From assembly GCA_951406725.2 (NCBI GenBank), contig OX597814.1, forward strand, positions 56,482,001-56,546,000: DNA of 64,000 nt, given 5' to 3'. A model generated the notes under the pieces. That model did not search any database, was not told the origin of the DNA, and was given only the letters and a program-made list of their open reading frames with translations. This document shows positions 37,213 to 49,982 of this stretch, in pieces (the first letter of the stretch is position 1; every line of letters begins with the position of its first letter). This DNA comes from Octopus vulgaris (Eukaryota). Position numbers and translations under genes: made by a program.

Positions 37213-37422
37213 TACGAGAGAGCGCTGAAAAGTTCCTGGCTTGAAGGGTGTCGCGAAATGCCTGGCTGGAGGTCCAACATCCCGAGTTATTTTACAGGAC
37301 TTAGAACCGTTGCAATAAGTGTGTGAATCTGAGAGGGGAATACGTTCAATAAAATCATAATTAACTGATCCTCCTGTATTTTCTCTTACCCAAAGCCAGG
37401 AACTTTTCCGCATCCCCTCGTA
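37213..37422 (+). mobile_element. Mariner-derived MITE, copy 2
   Basis: TA-flanked ~28-bp TIRs cgag.g..gc.gaaaagttcctggctt; retains transposase end RCNKCVNLRGEYVQ*. Confidence 0.88.
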
Positions 37423-37772
37423 ATTTACTCATTAATTCTACAACGTTGCTATTGTGATCGAGCAGATCCTCCCATCGTTTTGAGACATGGCCTATCTAGG
37501 ATTACATACTCTAATGCATCCACCTGTTTTATTTTATGTTTTTTAGAAGGTGAGTGTAAGTAGTAGGATATATGGTTGCTATTTCTGGCATCGTAGAGAC
37601 TAACTACTAGATGGCTCGGGTATAGCAGTGACAATATTATGTAACTGATGAATGTCACTTTGGTTTGCTGTGCTGACTTCAATTCCTCTCGTGAGTGCAA
37701 CTTGAAGATGGATGGACACTGCATGAATAAATTTGCTGTATATAAATTACATGAAGATTTTCTCTCTGTAAC

Positions 37773-37841
<69 letters not shown>

Positions 37842-37880
37842 GCATGCATGCTTACATACACATACATACATATATACATA
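37773..37880. repeat. (GATA)n/(ACAT)n microsatellite
   Basis: Direct observation. Confidence 0.96.
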
Positions 37881-38194
37881 CTAATCTCAGATGGAATTCT
37901 TGACATTAGTTTTCACTTGTTCGGTCAATTAAATTATGCAAGTATGTATATATGAATTAAATCGTTTATTTTATTTTATTGTTAATGGTGAAACTCGAAG
38001 CCTATGAAGCCACAAATAAAAGAACGTAGAATTTTGGTAAAAAAAAACAAATTAAATGTAAAAAAAAAGTGGTTAAAGGATGGTCGTGCGATTCGATCCC
38101 GGATGTTCTTTAGACATGACAGATATATTACCATTATATCAAAGTAATGCTTTAACCTTCCGCTATCCATTTTAAAAGCTGTCTTCTTACCAGT

Positions 38195-38700
38195 GAGAGT
38201 TACATTTTGACTGTGTGATGTTTTGAGTCCTGATATGGTTCTTTTTTTTTTTTTTTGCTCATATCTATTGCTCTAATCATTACTTGTAGTGCTTTTACTT
38301 TCATATTTGACATCCAGTTTATTTCAATTTCAGTATCCTTATACTTGTATAGTTTCTTCAATTTCTTTCGTACAATTCTTTCTTCAAAGGAGATCACGAT
38401 GTCTATCAGCATATATTTATTATCTTTCCAGCTGAATGTTTAAACTTGATCTTATCATTTTAGTATATCCAAATGATTGTATCAAGGCCATTGTCATTTA
38501 CAGTGATTGATTTGCGTCTGTACACTTTCTCGTCCAATTTTATATCGAAGCGTTGGCATATTGTCTAGTTATCATAGAAACTGGCTAGATCGTGTCGTGT
38601 CTGAGTATAAACTCGGATTGTACAAGGCCTGGGCAATCGAAGACGATTTTGTTAACCGTTTCATTCAACTATCTGCATCGTCTAGATGTCCCAACTAGTT
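38195..38700 (-). mobile_element. Decayed Dong/R4-like RLE fragment
   Basis: LIDIVIS..KLYKYKDTEIEINWM; RHDTI segment upstream. Confidence 0.6.
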
Positions 38701-39059
38701 TTGTAGCTGTTTATACTATGCAGCGTTCTAGTGCAACTCGTATCAAACCATTTGTTTCTACTTTCAACCCAGATCTTCTGAGTCACTACTAGCTTTTATT
38801 TTCACCTATTACGGGCGTTTCATCTAGCTTTTACCAGCTGAAGCTTCAGGGAAAATTTTATTTTTAATGCAGGAACTCTAAACAGAGGTAGGAATATTGT
38901 TTCAAAAAAAAAAGAGAAATTTTTTCGCAAATTAAAAGTTCTTTTTTTCTTTCGTTTATCCCAGATGAGCAAGAATTAATGCAAATAATTAAAATCTTAC
39001 CTCCAAATCTAGTTTTGCATTAACTATCGTGTTTGGTGGTGGTTGTGGTGGAAGGAGGG

Positions 39060-39366
39060 ATATTAGTAATAGCATGGTACTGGAGTCGATCCCATCGACT
39101 TCCCCCTTCCCCCTAAAACTGCTTGTCTAGTGCTATAATTAGCAGCAATTAAGGGCGGCGAACTGGCAGAATCACTGGCGCATCGGACCATATGTTTAAT
39201 AGCAATTTTTTTTTTTTGGCTCTTTACCTTCTGAATCCAAATCCCGCTGAGGTCAACTTGACTTTGCACCGTCAGGGGCTCGATAAAACCAAGTACCAAT
39301 CTGGAATTGATGTAATCGACTTGTCAACTTCCCTCAGTACTACTGGTATTGTGTCAAATATTAAAT
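39060..39366. mobile_element. Two SINE S1 pieces in opposite orientation (minus 39060-39140, plus 39153-39366)
   Basis: ggcggcgaactggcagaatc head, gaggtcaacttgactttgca central block. Confidence 0.72.
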
Positions 39367-39574
39367 AGAATTATTATTGTTGTTATTATTTTAAAATAAA
39401 AACAATAGGACTCCACAATATATTATTAATTTTATGCTAAAAAGTAGATATTTTTCCATCAGTCTTCACTTTCTTCGCAAAATTCAAATAAGAATATTTT
39501 CTGTAGCCCATCTTTTATGCAAAATATTTGCTGTAGCCCATTATTATCATTATCATCATCATTATTATTATTTT

Positions 39575-42372
39575 CATATACACTCAACAGATTAGACTGT
39601 TGGAAAAGAAAAAATTGTAACATCGAGCTACAACGAGTAACCTTAGGTGCCAAGAACCCTCCTAAGTATCCTAATAACACTGTTTTCTGGAGCTGTACTA
39701 AACTGGGTTTTATGCCTATTTCCTCTATCCATCTGTTCAGATCTTTAGGAATGCTTCCCAATGCACCTATAACTACTGGGATACATTTTACCCTCACTTT
39801 CCATAGTCTCTGTAATTCGATGGCTAGGTCTCATATTACTTCTCATATTAATGTTTTCATAATTTGTGACTGTAAAGTCAATTATCTGGCACTTTCTATC
39901 TTCTTTACTACCACCAAATCAGGCCTTCAAGCTTCTTTTATTCAGTCTGAATGTTGAAGTTTCACATCTTATATTTCTTACTTTCTAGTACTTTACTGGG
40001 TTCATGTTCATACCATTTATGAGTATGTTCAAATCCTAGCTTTCTACATAGCTCCCAGTGGATTACTCACTCTAGATTGTCCATGTCTTTTCTTGTATTC
40101 CTTCTGTTACTATGTGAGTATCACTTTCCTCTTTTGAGTTGCATAATCTACATTGAGAATCTACTTGGATTTTGTCTATCTTGGTTTTTATCCAATAAGT
40201 CCTTAATGCTTCATCTTGTTCAGCTACTAACAAATTCTGTCTACGTGTTCAGCTTTCCTTTCTACAACCATGACCATATATCACTACTATTTGCTGCAAC
40301 TATCTCTGGGAATCTACCATGCAACACCTTCTCCAGCCAGTCAGATAATTTCTGTTCTTTTTCTGTTTTTTAACTTCATTTTGGTTTTTGGTTTCCCTAT
40401 GTCTTGTTGTAACTCTAGCAGTTTTTACTATTACCTACATAGGAATCTATATCTACTTTAGCTAACTTCACGCAGTCTTATACTGATATTAACTCTCTTC
40501 CACCTTCCTTTCTAGGTAGGTATAACCTTGCTACTCATGTTGAATTCCTTCCTAGTACTCTTGTCTAGCTTTGCTATTTCAGTTTTTATCCAATCTACAA
40601 AAGCTGCTGAGTACCTAAGTAATAAGACTGCCAAAGTAGTTACAGCATTCACTAGATACGGACCATTTAGCTTTGACTTCATTAGCTCCTCACCCTTCAG
40701 ATGTACTTCTCAATTTTCGTTTTCATTTCTGCAGTTAGTACCCTGTCAGATTCTAATACTCATAGATACATAAAAGTCTCTCCTCATTTCAATGACTTTA
40801 ATGTCTAGCCATCTGGTAATTGGATGCCTTCGCTGTTGACTACCTATTTCTTTACTACCAACAAGGGGCTAAACACAGAGAGGACAAACAAGGACAGACA
40901 AACGGATTAAGTCGATTATATCGACCCCAATGCGTAACTGATACTTATTTAATCGACCCCGAAAGGATGAAAGACAAAGTCGACCTCGGCGGAATTTGAA
41001 CTCAGAACGTAGCGGCTAACGTTTCTGCCAGCTCGACGCCTTATGACTACATGTCCCCTTCTCCTGATTAATATTGCACACTTATCTATGCCAAATTCCA
41101 TGCCTATATCTTGCTGAAGAGTCTTAAAGTCTGTATTAAGGAATCTTTATCTTTTTCGTTCTTACTAAAAAGCTTCAGATCATCCAAGTAGAGCAAATGG
41201 TTAATTTTTCCCTTACTATTTCTGAACTCATACCCTGCCTCTGCCTTCCTTAATACTAAACTGCGGAAGGGGGTCAAACATAAGACAAATATTAAAGGGA
41301 ACAACAAGACCCCGGGAAAATCCCTCTTTTGATATTAACTTTCCCTAACAGTGTGTCGCCTGAGTAGAGATCTACTTTCCATTTCTTCATGCTACAGCTA
41401 ATCAATTCTCTTATGTTGTTTGCTATACTGAATATACTTAATCATTCACTTATCCATGAGTGTGGAGTCAAGTTGTAGGCTTTCCTATAATCTATTCATG
41501 CTACTGTTAGATTTTTCTTTCTAGCTTTTACTTCATTTAGAACTGCTTTGAGTATGTATAATAGATAATACGTTCTTCTAGCCTTCTTCCTCCAACCTTT
41601 CTGTTCTTCTTGCAACAAATTCTGGTTGTCAAGGTGCCCGTAAATGCTTTCTGAAGGCATTCCTGTTAACAGCTTCCACACTAAGCAAGTGATTGGTCTA
41701 GCTGTATTACCCTTGCTCTTGTCCTTCATGAGTATTGTCCTTCCTGTAGTCATCCAATCTGGTATTATTTCTCCATTTAGGCAATCTTGAAGTTGTTCCC
41801 TCAGCCTCCCATGCAAACTACTGAATTTCTTTAATCCACTTTAGCTATTATCCTTCAACTAAATTTTGTCCTGGACCCTTCCAATTCGGCATTTTTCCTA
41901 ACCCTTTATGCATTAATGCACTAGTTAATCTTAGATCTAGCTGCATCTCACTCACAACTTCGTCCCTCGCTTTCTTTGACCATACTGCATCTTCATTATG
42001 ATTGACTGGCTTATCCCAAATATTACTCCAGTACTTTCTAGCTTCTTCTGCATTAGGTTTCTCATCTTCAGTACTCCGTTCTCCGCTATTTATTTGGTTA
42101 AAAAATCTCCTCTGATCTGTCTCAAATAATTTATTCTGTTGATACTGATCTATTCTTTTCTGATATCTACAAAGCTTGCCTGCTACTGTTATGCTACGCT
42201 GCTTCAACTCTTCTATTACTATCTCAAATCCTTTCTCTTTGACTAAGTATCTTATCTCGAGAGAAGATTTGCATCTTGTATTTCCTAACTTGTTCAGTTT
42301 GCAGGCTTCTATTCTACTCAGAACTTGACTTAAAGTCTTCACTTTATTTTGTAGTCTCCTTTTCCAGAAGAC
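39575..42372 (-). mobile_element. Dong/R4-like family D, degenerate, interrupted by a SINE
   Basis: KMPNWKGPG, WMTTGRT, ARPITCL, INHLLYLDDLKLF, IPVVIGALG..LQKTVLLG; 3' end into TAA repeats. Confidence 0.9.
40844..41043 (-). mobile_element. SINE family S1 variant with 7-bp TSD
   Basis: TGACTAC at 40837-40843 and 41044-41050; gagttcaaattcc B box. Confidence 0.88.
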
Positions 42373-42377
42373 TACGT

Positions 42378-44712
42378 TGTGGTCCTAGACGTGACCACAT
42401 CTAAATTGGTGGTCCTAGATGTGAACAGTAGCGACGGATATGCCTTCAGGCTGGTGGCTGTTTATGTTCTGACGGGAGCAATGCAGCCAGATTTCTTCAG
42501 ACGTCAGGAGGCCTCCCTGGGAACGTCTCTACCTTTAGCAGAAATGGGTGATTTGAACGCCATCTTGGACGCACGTTTGGATTGTGTGGGGCTATTTGTT
42601 AAAGAGGTGGGTGCAAAAGCCTCTCAAACCTGCTCATATTCTAGATCATATCTAGAAATAATATTCTGTAAACCAATAGATGACGATAGTATAAGTTCTC
42701 TACTTTTTAAATCGTCGGTTACACAGACCACAACTTGGTGATCTTCACAGTCGACTCAAATAAACTGTGTAGGCAGGGACTCGCTTACTGGAAGCTGAAC
42801 GCGAGCCTCCCGGCGTGCCACGCTTACAGAGCCAAGGTTAGCAAATTAGTCAAGCGGGAGTTGACGGGGTCAATCGTCAACAACAAATGGTGGTTTGCTG
42901 TGAAAAGGGCAATTAGAATAGAATCGATTTGCTTTATTAAGGAATTAGCGATAGAAAGGAATACAATATAGGGCAACTTAAAATCTTATAAAAGACGCTT
43001 AGGAAAGGCATTGCAACCGTCGTGCTGGCCACGAGATTGGCCCAGGACCAATTCTTCAACGCTAAGTACGAAGGCTGCATTGTCAGAGCTAAGCGCGTGC
43101 TCTAAGAAACGGGGGGAACGAAAGCTGCTTGATGGCCCCGAGTGGCAGAGGCGTGATAACAAAGCCACAATTATGTCTTTAGTGGACCAAAATGAACACA
43201 CGGTACACGAGCTCGAGCAGATGTGCAGCATTTCAACAAAAACAATTCGCCCAACTATTTGGTAGTCCGGAACGCAGGATGGGCTTCAGTGCCTACCTTG
43301 ATGGCATGCCCCGACTCTCGACCAGCGGGGAGCGTAGCAAAATGCCGATAACAGCTATGGAAATACGGGATGCGATGATGGGCTACATGGGGAGGGGAAA
43401 ATCGACTGGTTTTGATGGTCTGTCCTACGAGCTTTAATTTTTATACCAGACTTGTTTGTTGGCTTTTTAACAGACATCTACCACAACTGGTAGCAGAACG
43501 GGAGAATTCTTAGTTCTGTGAGTTGAGGAAAGGACCCAAACAAGGGGGATCAAATAGAAAATTTTAGGCCCATAACGCTGCTGAATGCAAATTTCAAAAT
43601 TTTAGCCATGGTGTTAGCAAAAAGATTGGCACATGTCGAGGAATTGATGATAATGCGCAAATATGCTCTACCACAAACAGATTCATCCACGACAAGCTCC
43701 ACTTCATGCGATACATCATAAATAGGGTGGGTAAAGAGGATGACATTGATGGGATCCTAATCATTTTGGATCAATCTAAAGCTTTCGATGGGTCGACCAC
43801 CAAGACTTGGTGGTTACTCACGCGGCTGCCAGTTTCAGGCCCGTTTTCCGTGACAGGATCGCTGCAATGTACAGCGATATCTGCTCGGAAGTTCGGGTAA
43901 ATGGTTACCTATCGGAACCATTCAGCATCATCCGTTCAGGCCATCAAGAGTGTTCGCTCTTGACTCTTCTGTATGTACTGGCTGTAGAGCCACTACTGCA
44001 GAAATTGGAGGCGTTGAGAGGCATCCCACGCAAAATAGGACGTGGGAGAACCGTATCGACATACGCAGATGACATCACAGTCATAGTGTCGAACACTAGG
44101 TACAAAACCTGGTCTGTACTGCTCGAAAAGAATACGAGGCAGATGCAATGACAGGTGCAAAAATTAACCATGAAAGCCAATGGCCCGCAGCTTGGCACCT
44201 AGAGAGGCAGGTCTATGCCGTCCAATAACGTCATTGGACGCTGGACAGAGTGACCAGTTAAATTGCTAGGGATCTGGTTTGGTCCGGATTTTCAGCAGAA
44301 AAAGAACTGGGACGATGTGACGAGCAGTGTTGCCAATCATCCAGAAATGGGCCGGGAGAAAGCTATCCCTGAAAGTTCGGACAGAGGTGGATGCTTACAT
44401 CGCCTCCATTATATATTACCGCCTGACTGTCGTGCCTTGTCCCAGTTTACATCTGACCAAACTGGAGTGCATACTCTTCCGCTTTCTGTGAAAGTGTCGC
44501 GTTCCATTGGTCAGGCCCTCCATTTGCTGTCAACACCCGCTGAATGGAGGGCTGGGCATGCCGTGGCTGTTGATGCGCAGACATGCACTGAGGCGGCGAC
44601 ATCTTCACTGCTTCCTTGACGGTGAACAGGTGCTGTCGTCTTTTATCAGACAGGATTTTCCACAACTCTCTTTGACTGAGCTGCAGTTCTGGATCAAGCG
44701 TAGGCCGATATG
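42378..44712 (+). mobile_element. Tx1-clade ORF2 fragment (APE end to post-RT)
   Basis: FRLVAVY, GDLNA, YWKLN, KSTGFDGL, LDQSKAFD, YADDIT, GGLGMPWL. Confidence 0.9.
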
Positions 44713-44839
44713 AAGAGAACATAGAGTGTATGTTATGTCAATTATCTCAACCAAACATGAATTAAGTAAACGATTTACTTTTTCACTTTATACTAGAAAA
44801 GGAAAATGAATGTTTGGCATTCATATTTCTTGTTTACGA

Positions 44840-45922
44840 GTGTATAGATTTGTTTATCTCCACAAAACATACGACCAATACCCTTTAAAGCATTTAGAAT
44901 CAACAATTAAGTTTACTATTTGTTTTCAAGTAGTACAGTCACTACTTGTAAATATTGTCAGCAAACTTGAGTCAACAAAAGGACTACCCGTTTATATCGT
45001 CATAGCATCGTGATTTTTAAGTGCCTGACAGCAACTCTTGGTATCACAAGGAACCTATCCTCTATCTATACAAGTTACATAGTTGAAGTTATTATGCCAC
45101 GCTTAAACTTTGTTTCCAGGAAAGGAAAGTCACATCCAATTTAGATAAGTAGATCTGGTATCAATTCATTCATTGTTTATATACAACGGTCTTTGTTATT
45201 ATTGCACACTTTCATAAGTCCTTCCCTTCCAGTGCGCGAAATGTTTTCCCATGTGTGTTTCGGACCCCAGTAATGAACTCATTTGCAGACAGCCAATCAG
45301 AGCAGAGCCACTTTTATCCTTTCTTCCTTTCTAGTCAGCATCGTGCATTCCTTACTCATTCTCTCTCTACTGGCAGACAGCAACCTGTTTGTCACTATCG
45401 AAAACAAATTTCGCTATCACTACAAGTACTACTGTTTCTCACTACCTGTCAGGCAAACGAATAAAATATATGTAAACAATATTTCTTCCTTCTTGGTGTT
45501 GATCCTTCGATGTTCACTGGTTACTCCGACGTTGCCACAATAATACACTTGCCCAAACGATGCTGACAAGAAAGGAAGAAAGGATAAAGGTGACTCTGCT
45601 CTGATTCGCTGTCTGCAAATGAGTTCATTACTGGGGTTCGGAACTCTCGCTGAAAAAAGTTCGCTTCCAGCTCGTAACTTTGACATAACTTCCCTTTTGG
45701 ATAATGTTTAGACCGAAGATTAGCTCTTCGTGGTATCAACAGAGCTGTTATACACTTCACTCTCTAATCCACGTGCAATATTTACAAGTAGAGAGCACAT
45801 TAATTGATAAACAAACAATAAACTCATCTATGGAAAATACAATTGAAGATTTGTGCTGATTCTAAGTGCTTTAAAGGGTACGCGACGTGTATTTTGTGGA
45901 GGTGGACAAATTTACTATACAA
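44840..45922. repeat. ~1.1-kb imperfect palindrome (foldback)
   Basis: 44840-44930 inverts 45830-45922; 45255-45344 inverts 45558-45648; ORF track gives matching peptides FRTPVMNSFADS on both strands. Confidence 0.85.
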
Positions 45923-46000
45923 CGTTCAACCGAATGGGTAGTTATGTGCGGTAGAACAGTAACTGTCATATTTTTGAAAGGTATGGGCGATGATGGTTGG

Positions 46001-46139
46001 TACCTTGGGTACCAACTAAAGGGAAAATCCTAAACAATCAACCACCTCCTCTTCATGGATGATTTGAAACTGTAAGGCAGAAATGAGACACAAGTGAGTT
46101 CCTTTGTGAACACGGTCCCCTGTTTTAGTACTGATATTA
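46001..46139 (+). mobile_element. Dong family B RT fragment duplicating 47061-47199
   Basis: Near-identical sequence, TINHLLFMDDLKL. Confidence 0.88.
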
Positions 46140-46185
46140 GGTATGAACGACGATGACTTGGGGATTAAGGTGTATGTCAAAAATT

Positions 46186-46512
46186 AGGCACAAAAGTAAC
46201 CGTGTGCTAAGTACCAACCACATAATTCCGGGTTCATTCCCACAGCGTGGTACCTTGGGCAAGTGTCTTCTAATATAACCTCGGGCCGACCAAAGCCTTG
46301 AGAATGGATTTGGGAGACTGAAACAGAAAGACGCCCGTCGTATATATATAAATATATGTGTGTGTGTCTGTGTGCTTGTACCGCAACATAGCTTGACAAC
46401 TGATGCCGGTGTGTTTACGTTCCCGTAACTTAGCGATCGGCAAAAGAGACCGATACAATAAGTACAAAGCTTACAAAGACTAAGTCCCGGAGTCGATTTG
46501 CTCGACTAAAGG
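46186..46512 (+). mobile_element. SINE family S2
   Basis: ggttcattcc, ggccgaccaaagccttg, gtcgatttgctcgactaaagg. Confidence 0.85.
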
Positions 46513-46524
46513 AAGAAATGCTGT

Positions 46525-46525
<1 letters not shown>

Positions 46526-46555
<30 letters not shown>

Positions 46556-46599
46556 AAGAAGAAGAAGAAGAAGAAGAAGAAGAAGAAGAAGAAGAAGAA
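46526..46599. repeat. (AAG)n microsatellite
   Basis: Perfect run. Confidence 0.97.
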
Positions 46600-48692
46600 A
46601 TCCTGGGCTAGTTAACAAAAGAACGAACGGTGTTGTGTCTGAAGGATGCAGCGAAGGGAAATGCTGCTGACAATTAGACCAATTTCCTGTCCCCCATTAA
46701 TGTGAAAGTTAAACGATATATTACCGCCGGAACAAAAAGGCTGTAGAAGGAGATATAAAGGTATCAAAGATCAACAATCAATAGACAAAGTGGTAATACA
46801 AGATTGTAAACGGAGAACAAATCTGGGAATGGCGTGGATTGACTATCGCAAAGCTTATGGTATGATTCCACATTTGTGGATCATCGAGTGCTTAGATACG
46901 ATTGGAATTGCGAGAAATGTAACGTGCTTCCTGAAGAGAAGAATGGTGGGATGGGAAACTGAACTGACATCTTACAGAAAGAGCTTGGGGACCCTGGGTA
47001 TCAGAAGAGGGATTTTCTAGGGTGATAGCCTATCTTCGTTGCTTTTTGTTCTCTGCATGATACCTTGGGTACCAACTAAAGGGAAAATCCCAAACAATCA
47101 ACCACCTCCTCTTCATGGATGATTTGAAACTGTATGACAAAGATGAGCCACAAGTGAGTTCCTTTGTGAACACGGTCCACTGTTTTAGTACTGATATTAC
47201 AATGGAATTTGGACTCAAAAAGTGCGGAATAGTCTACCTAAAGTGAGGCAAGGTACAGTTCCTAGCAGGGATAGAATTACCGAAAAGAGACTTGACTAAG
47301 CAAATTGAAACGGAATGATACAGATATTTTGGTGTACTTAGAGTTCAACGAGGCAATGGAAAAGGAAATGAAAGAGCAACTGTGGATGGAATGTTTCCGA
47401 AGACTGAGGTTAGTGTTGCGCTCAAAATTGACTGGATGGAATAAAATCCAAGCACTTAATATGTGGGTGATAGCATCACTTCGATATGGAGCAGGGATTA
47501 TTAAATGGTAAAAGAGAGAAATGAAGAAAATGGATACCAAGACCAGAAAAATGTTAACAGTACACGGAACTTTCCACCCTAAGAGTGATACAGATAAGCT
47601 GTACTTTTCCAGAAGAAAGGGTGGAAAAGGTTTGATCAGTTGCCAGGACTGTATCGAAGTAGAGGAAAACAGCTTAGGGTGGTATATAAAATATGCCGCG
47701 GAGCCACTGTTGGAACACACGAAAAAGGCCGACGTCATCAAAACTGAAAATTGCGTAACTAAAGAAAAATTTAAACAAGAAATGAACAAAAAAAAAGCAT
47801 GGAAGGAAAAGAAAGTGTACGGTCAGTTTGTAAAAGATGTGAACGCCAAGACAGATACAGAGGACCGGTGGCTATGGATGAGGAAGAGTGACCTGAAGAT
47901 AGAGACAGAAGCACTCATATACGCAGCTCAGGAACAAGCATAAGGGACCAACTATATGAAGTGCAGAATAGACAACACTACCGACAGCGACAAATGTAGA
48001 ATGTGTGGTGAGAGCAGTGAAACGGCGTGGAACATCGTTAGCAAACGCCCGGAATTGGCACAACGCAGATACAAAAGACGCCATGACAATGTAGCAAGAA
48101 TGATCAATTGGGAGCTCTGGGGAAATCACGGCCTACAAAGAGCAAAGACGAGGTATGAGAAAACTCCAGAAGAAGTCACCGAAAATGAGAACTGCAAAAT
48201 CCCGTGGGATGCAATGATCCAGTGCGATCACCTGTCCAGATATCGGAAACCGGACATTGTTGTGGTGAATAAAAAAGAAAGTCAATGTATGATAATCGAC
48301 ATAGCATGCCCTGGTGAAAACAGGATCAATGTGAAAGAAGAAAAAAAAAACAACTATGACGATTTGAAGTGGGAAATACGAAGGATGTAGTCAATGAAGA
48401 GAGTAGACGTGATACCAATAGTAACTGGTGCACTTGGAAATACCAGCATGGAAGTATCAGCACTCAACTACCAGCTTGGACGTATCAGCATTCACCTACC
48501 AACATGGCTGAAAAAGTTTTGTGCAAGTGTGAAAATAGAACATTTACAAAAATCAACATTGCTTGGAACTGCAAGAATTCTTCGCAGGATTCTTGAAGCA
48601 TGACCAGTAAACAAGTGTCACCTTAGTCTGCTGGCTGTGGGCAGCTGACACTTTCTATCATTCCCAGCAAAATAAGCTGTGAGTTTTCATAT
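46600..48692 (+). mobile_element. Dong/R4-like family B, 5'-truncated
   Basis: [61 protein letters not shown]; (AAT)n tail. Confidence 0.93.
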
Positions 48693-48711
48693 AATAATAA
48701 TAATAATAATG

Positions 48712-48787
<76 letters not shown>

Positions 48788-48790
<3 letters not shown>

Positions 48791-48995
48791 CAGTGGTGGT
48801 CGAAGCGTTGTGCTCAATCTCATTGAAACTTCAAAACTTCTTAAGGCAAGAGGAAATCCTATGCAAGATTGATGTCTTGCAAAAAGCAGCCTTATATTGC
48901 ACGGCGCACATCTTAAGGAAAATATTATCTGTCTGAGGTCCTTGTGACTTGACAGATGACTAAAGACTCCGGTTCATTTTTACTTACACTGTGTT
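48788..48995 (+). mobile_element. Dong/R4-like family E extreme 3' end
   Basis: IPVVVEALCSI..LQKAALYCTAHILRKILSV* followed by a distinct 3' UTR. Confidence 0.75.
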
Positions 48996-49009
48996 ACGAA
49001 GTATGTTAT

Positions 49010-49134
49010 ATATACTTACAAGTATATATATCATACAGAAAATAGCACTACTAGGCACCACTCACATAGCCAAGGCACACAGAGCTGTGCTCAGTTGTGC
49101 AGAGAAAGCACGTCATAAAAATAAGACTACTGAA
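49010..49134 (+). mobile_element. Dong family A extreme 3' end
   Basis: cagaaaatagcactactaggcac..ccaaggcacacagagctg..aaaaataagactactgaa is the reverse complement of the family A ends at 4679 and 9648. Confidence 0.85.
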
Positions 49135-49135
49135 T

Positions 49136-49228
<93 letters not shown>

Positions 49229-49304
49229 AAGAAGAAGAAGAATAAATGAATGAATGAATGAATGAATGAATGAATGAATAATAATAATAATAACAATAAT
49301 AATG

Positions 49305-49341
<37 letters not shown>

Positions 49342-49379
49342 CAACAACAACAACAACAATAATAATAATAATGATGATG

Positions 49380-49448
<69 letters not shown>
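49135..49448. repeat. Compound (TAA)/(AAG)/(GAAT)/(AAC) microsatellite
   Basis: Direct observation. Confidence 0.97.
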
Positions 49449-49960
49449 GACCGAACCATCAAGGCCAATAAACCAGATATTGTTGTGAAAGACCAAAACA
49501 ATAAAGTTTGCTTATTGATCGACATGAGCATCCCCTGTGATCATAATATCTCAGCGAAAGAGAGAGTTTGACAAGCTCAGAAAATATAAAGACCTACTCA
49601 TTGAAATTGAGAAAATGTGGCATCTCAAGGCGGTTACAATACCAGTGATCGTAGGAGCACTAGGAATGATCAAGAAGGGAACCGAAAATTATATGAGAAT
49701 GATCCCTGGCTTACCATCCCTGCAAGAAGTGCAAAAGATTGTCTTAACTGGTACATCACACGTATTGAGAAGAGCATTGTCGATGTGAGAACTGTTGCTG
49801 CTCATGTATTTTAATTTAACTTTAAAAAAAAAAAAAAATGAACGAACTACTGAGTTTGGTTTAATGGCCTACCAATATACACTATGAGTTTCTTTGCCCT
49901 AGGAGTCGGGAAGACACTCGGCAAGAAATGGAAGAAAATTTGAAAGAAGGAAAAAAAAAA
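49449..49960 (+). mobile_element. Dong/R4-like family C 3' end
   Basis: ANKPDIVVKD..LLIDMSIP; 83-aa ORF identical to 28345-28596; TAA repeats on both flanks. Confidence 0.93.
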
Positions 49961-49982
49961 GTAATAATAATAATAATAATAA

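Noticed and set aside
37449-37871. 140-aa ORF / possible host exon
   Set aside because: Starts in a GATA repeat, no recognisable domain or convincing splice pair; small exons elsewhere cannot be excluded by eye
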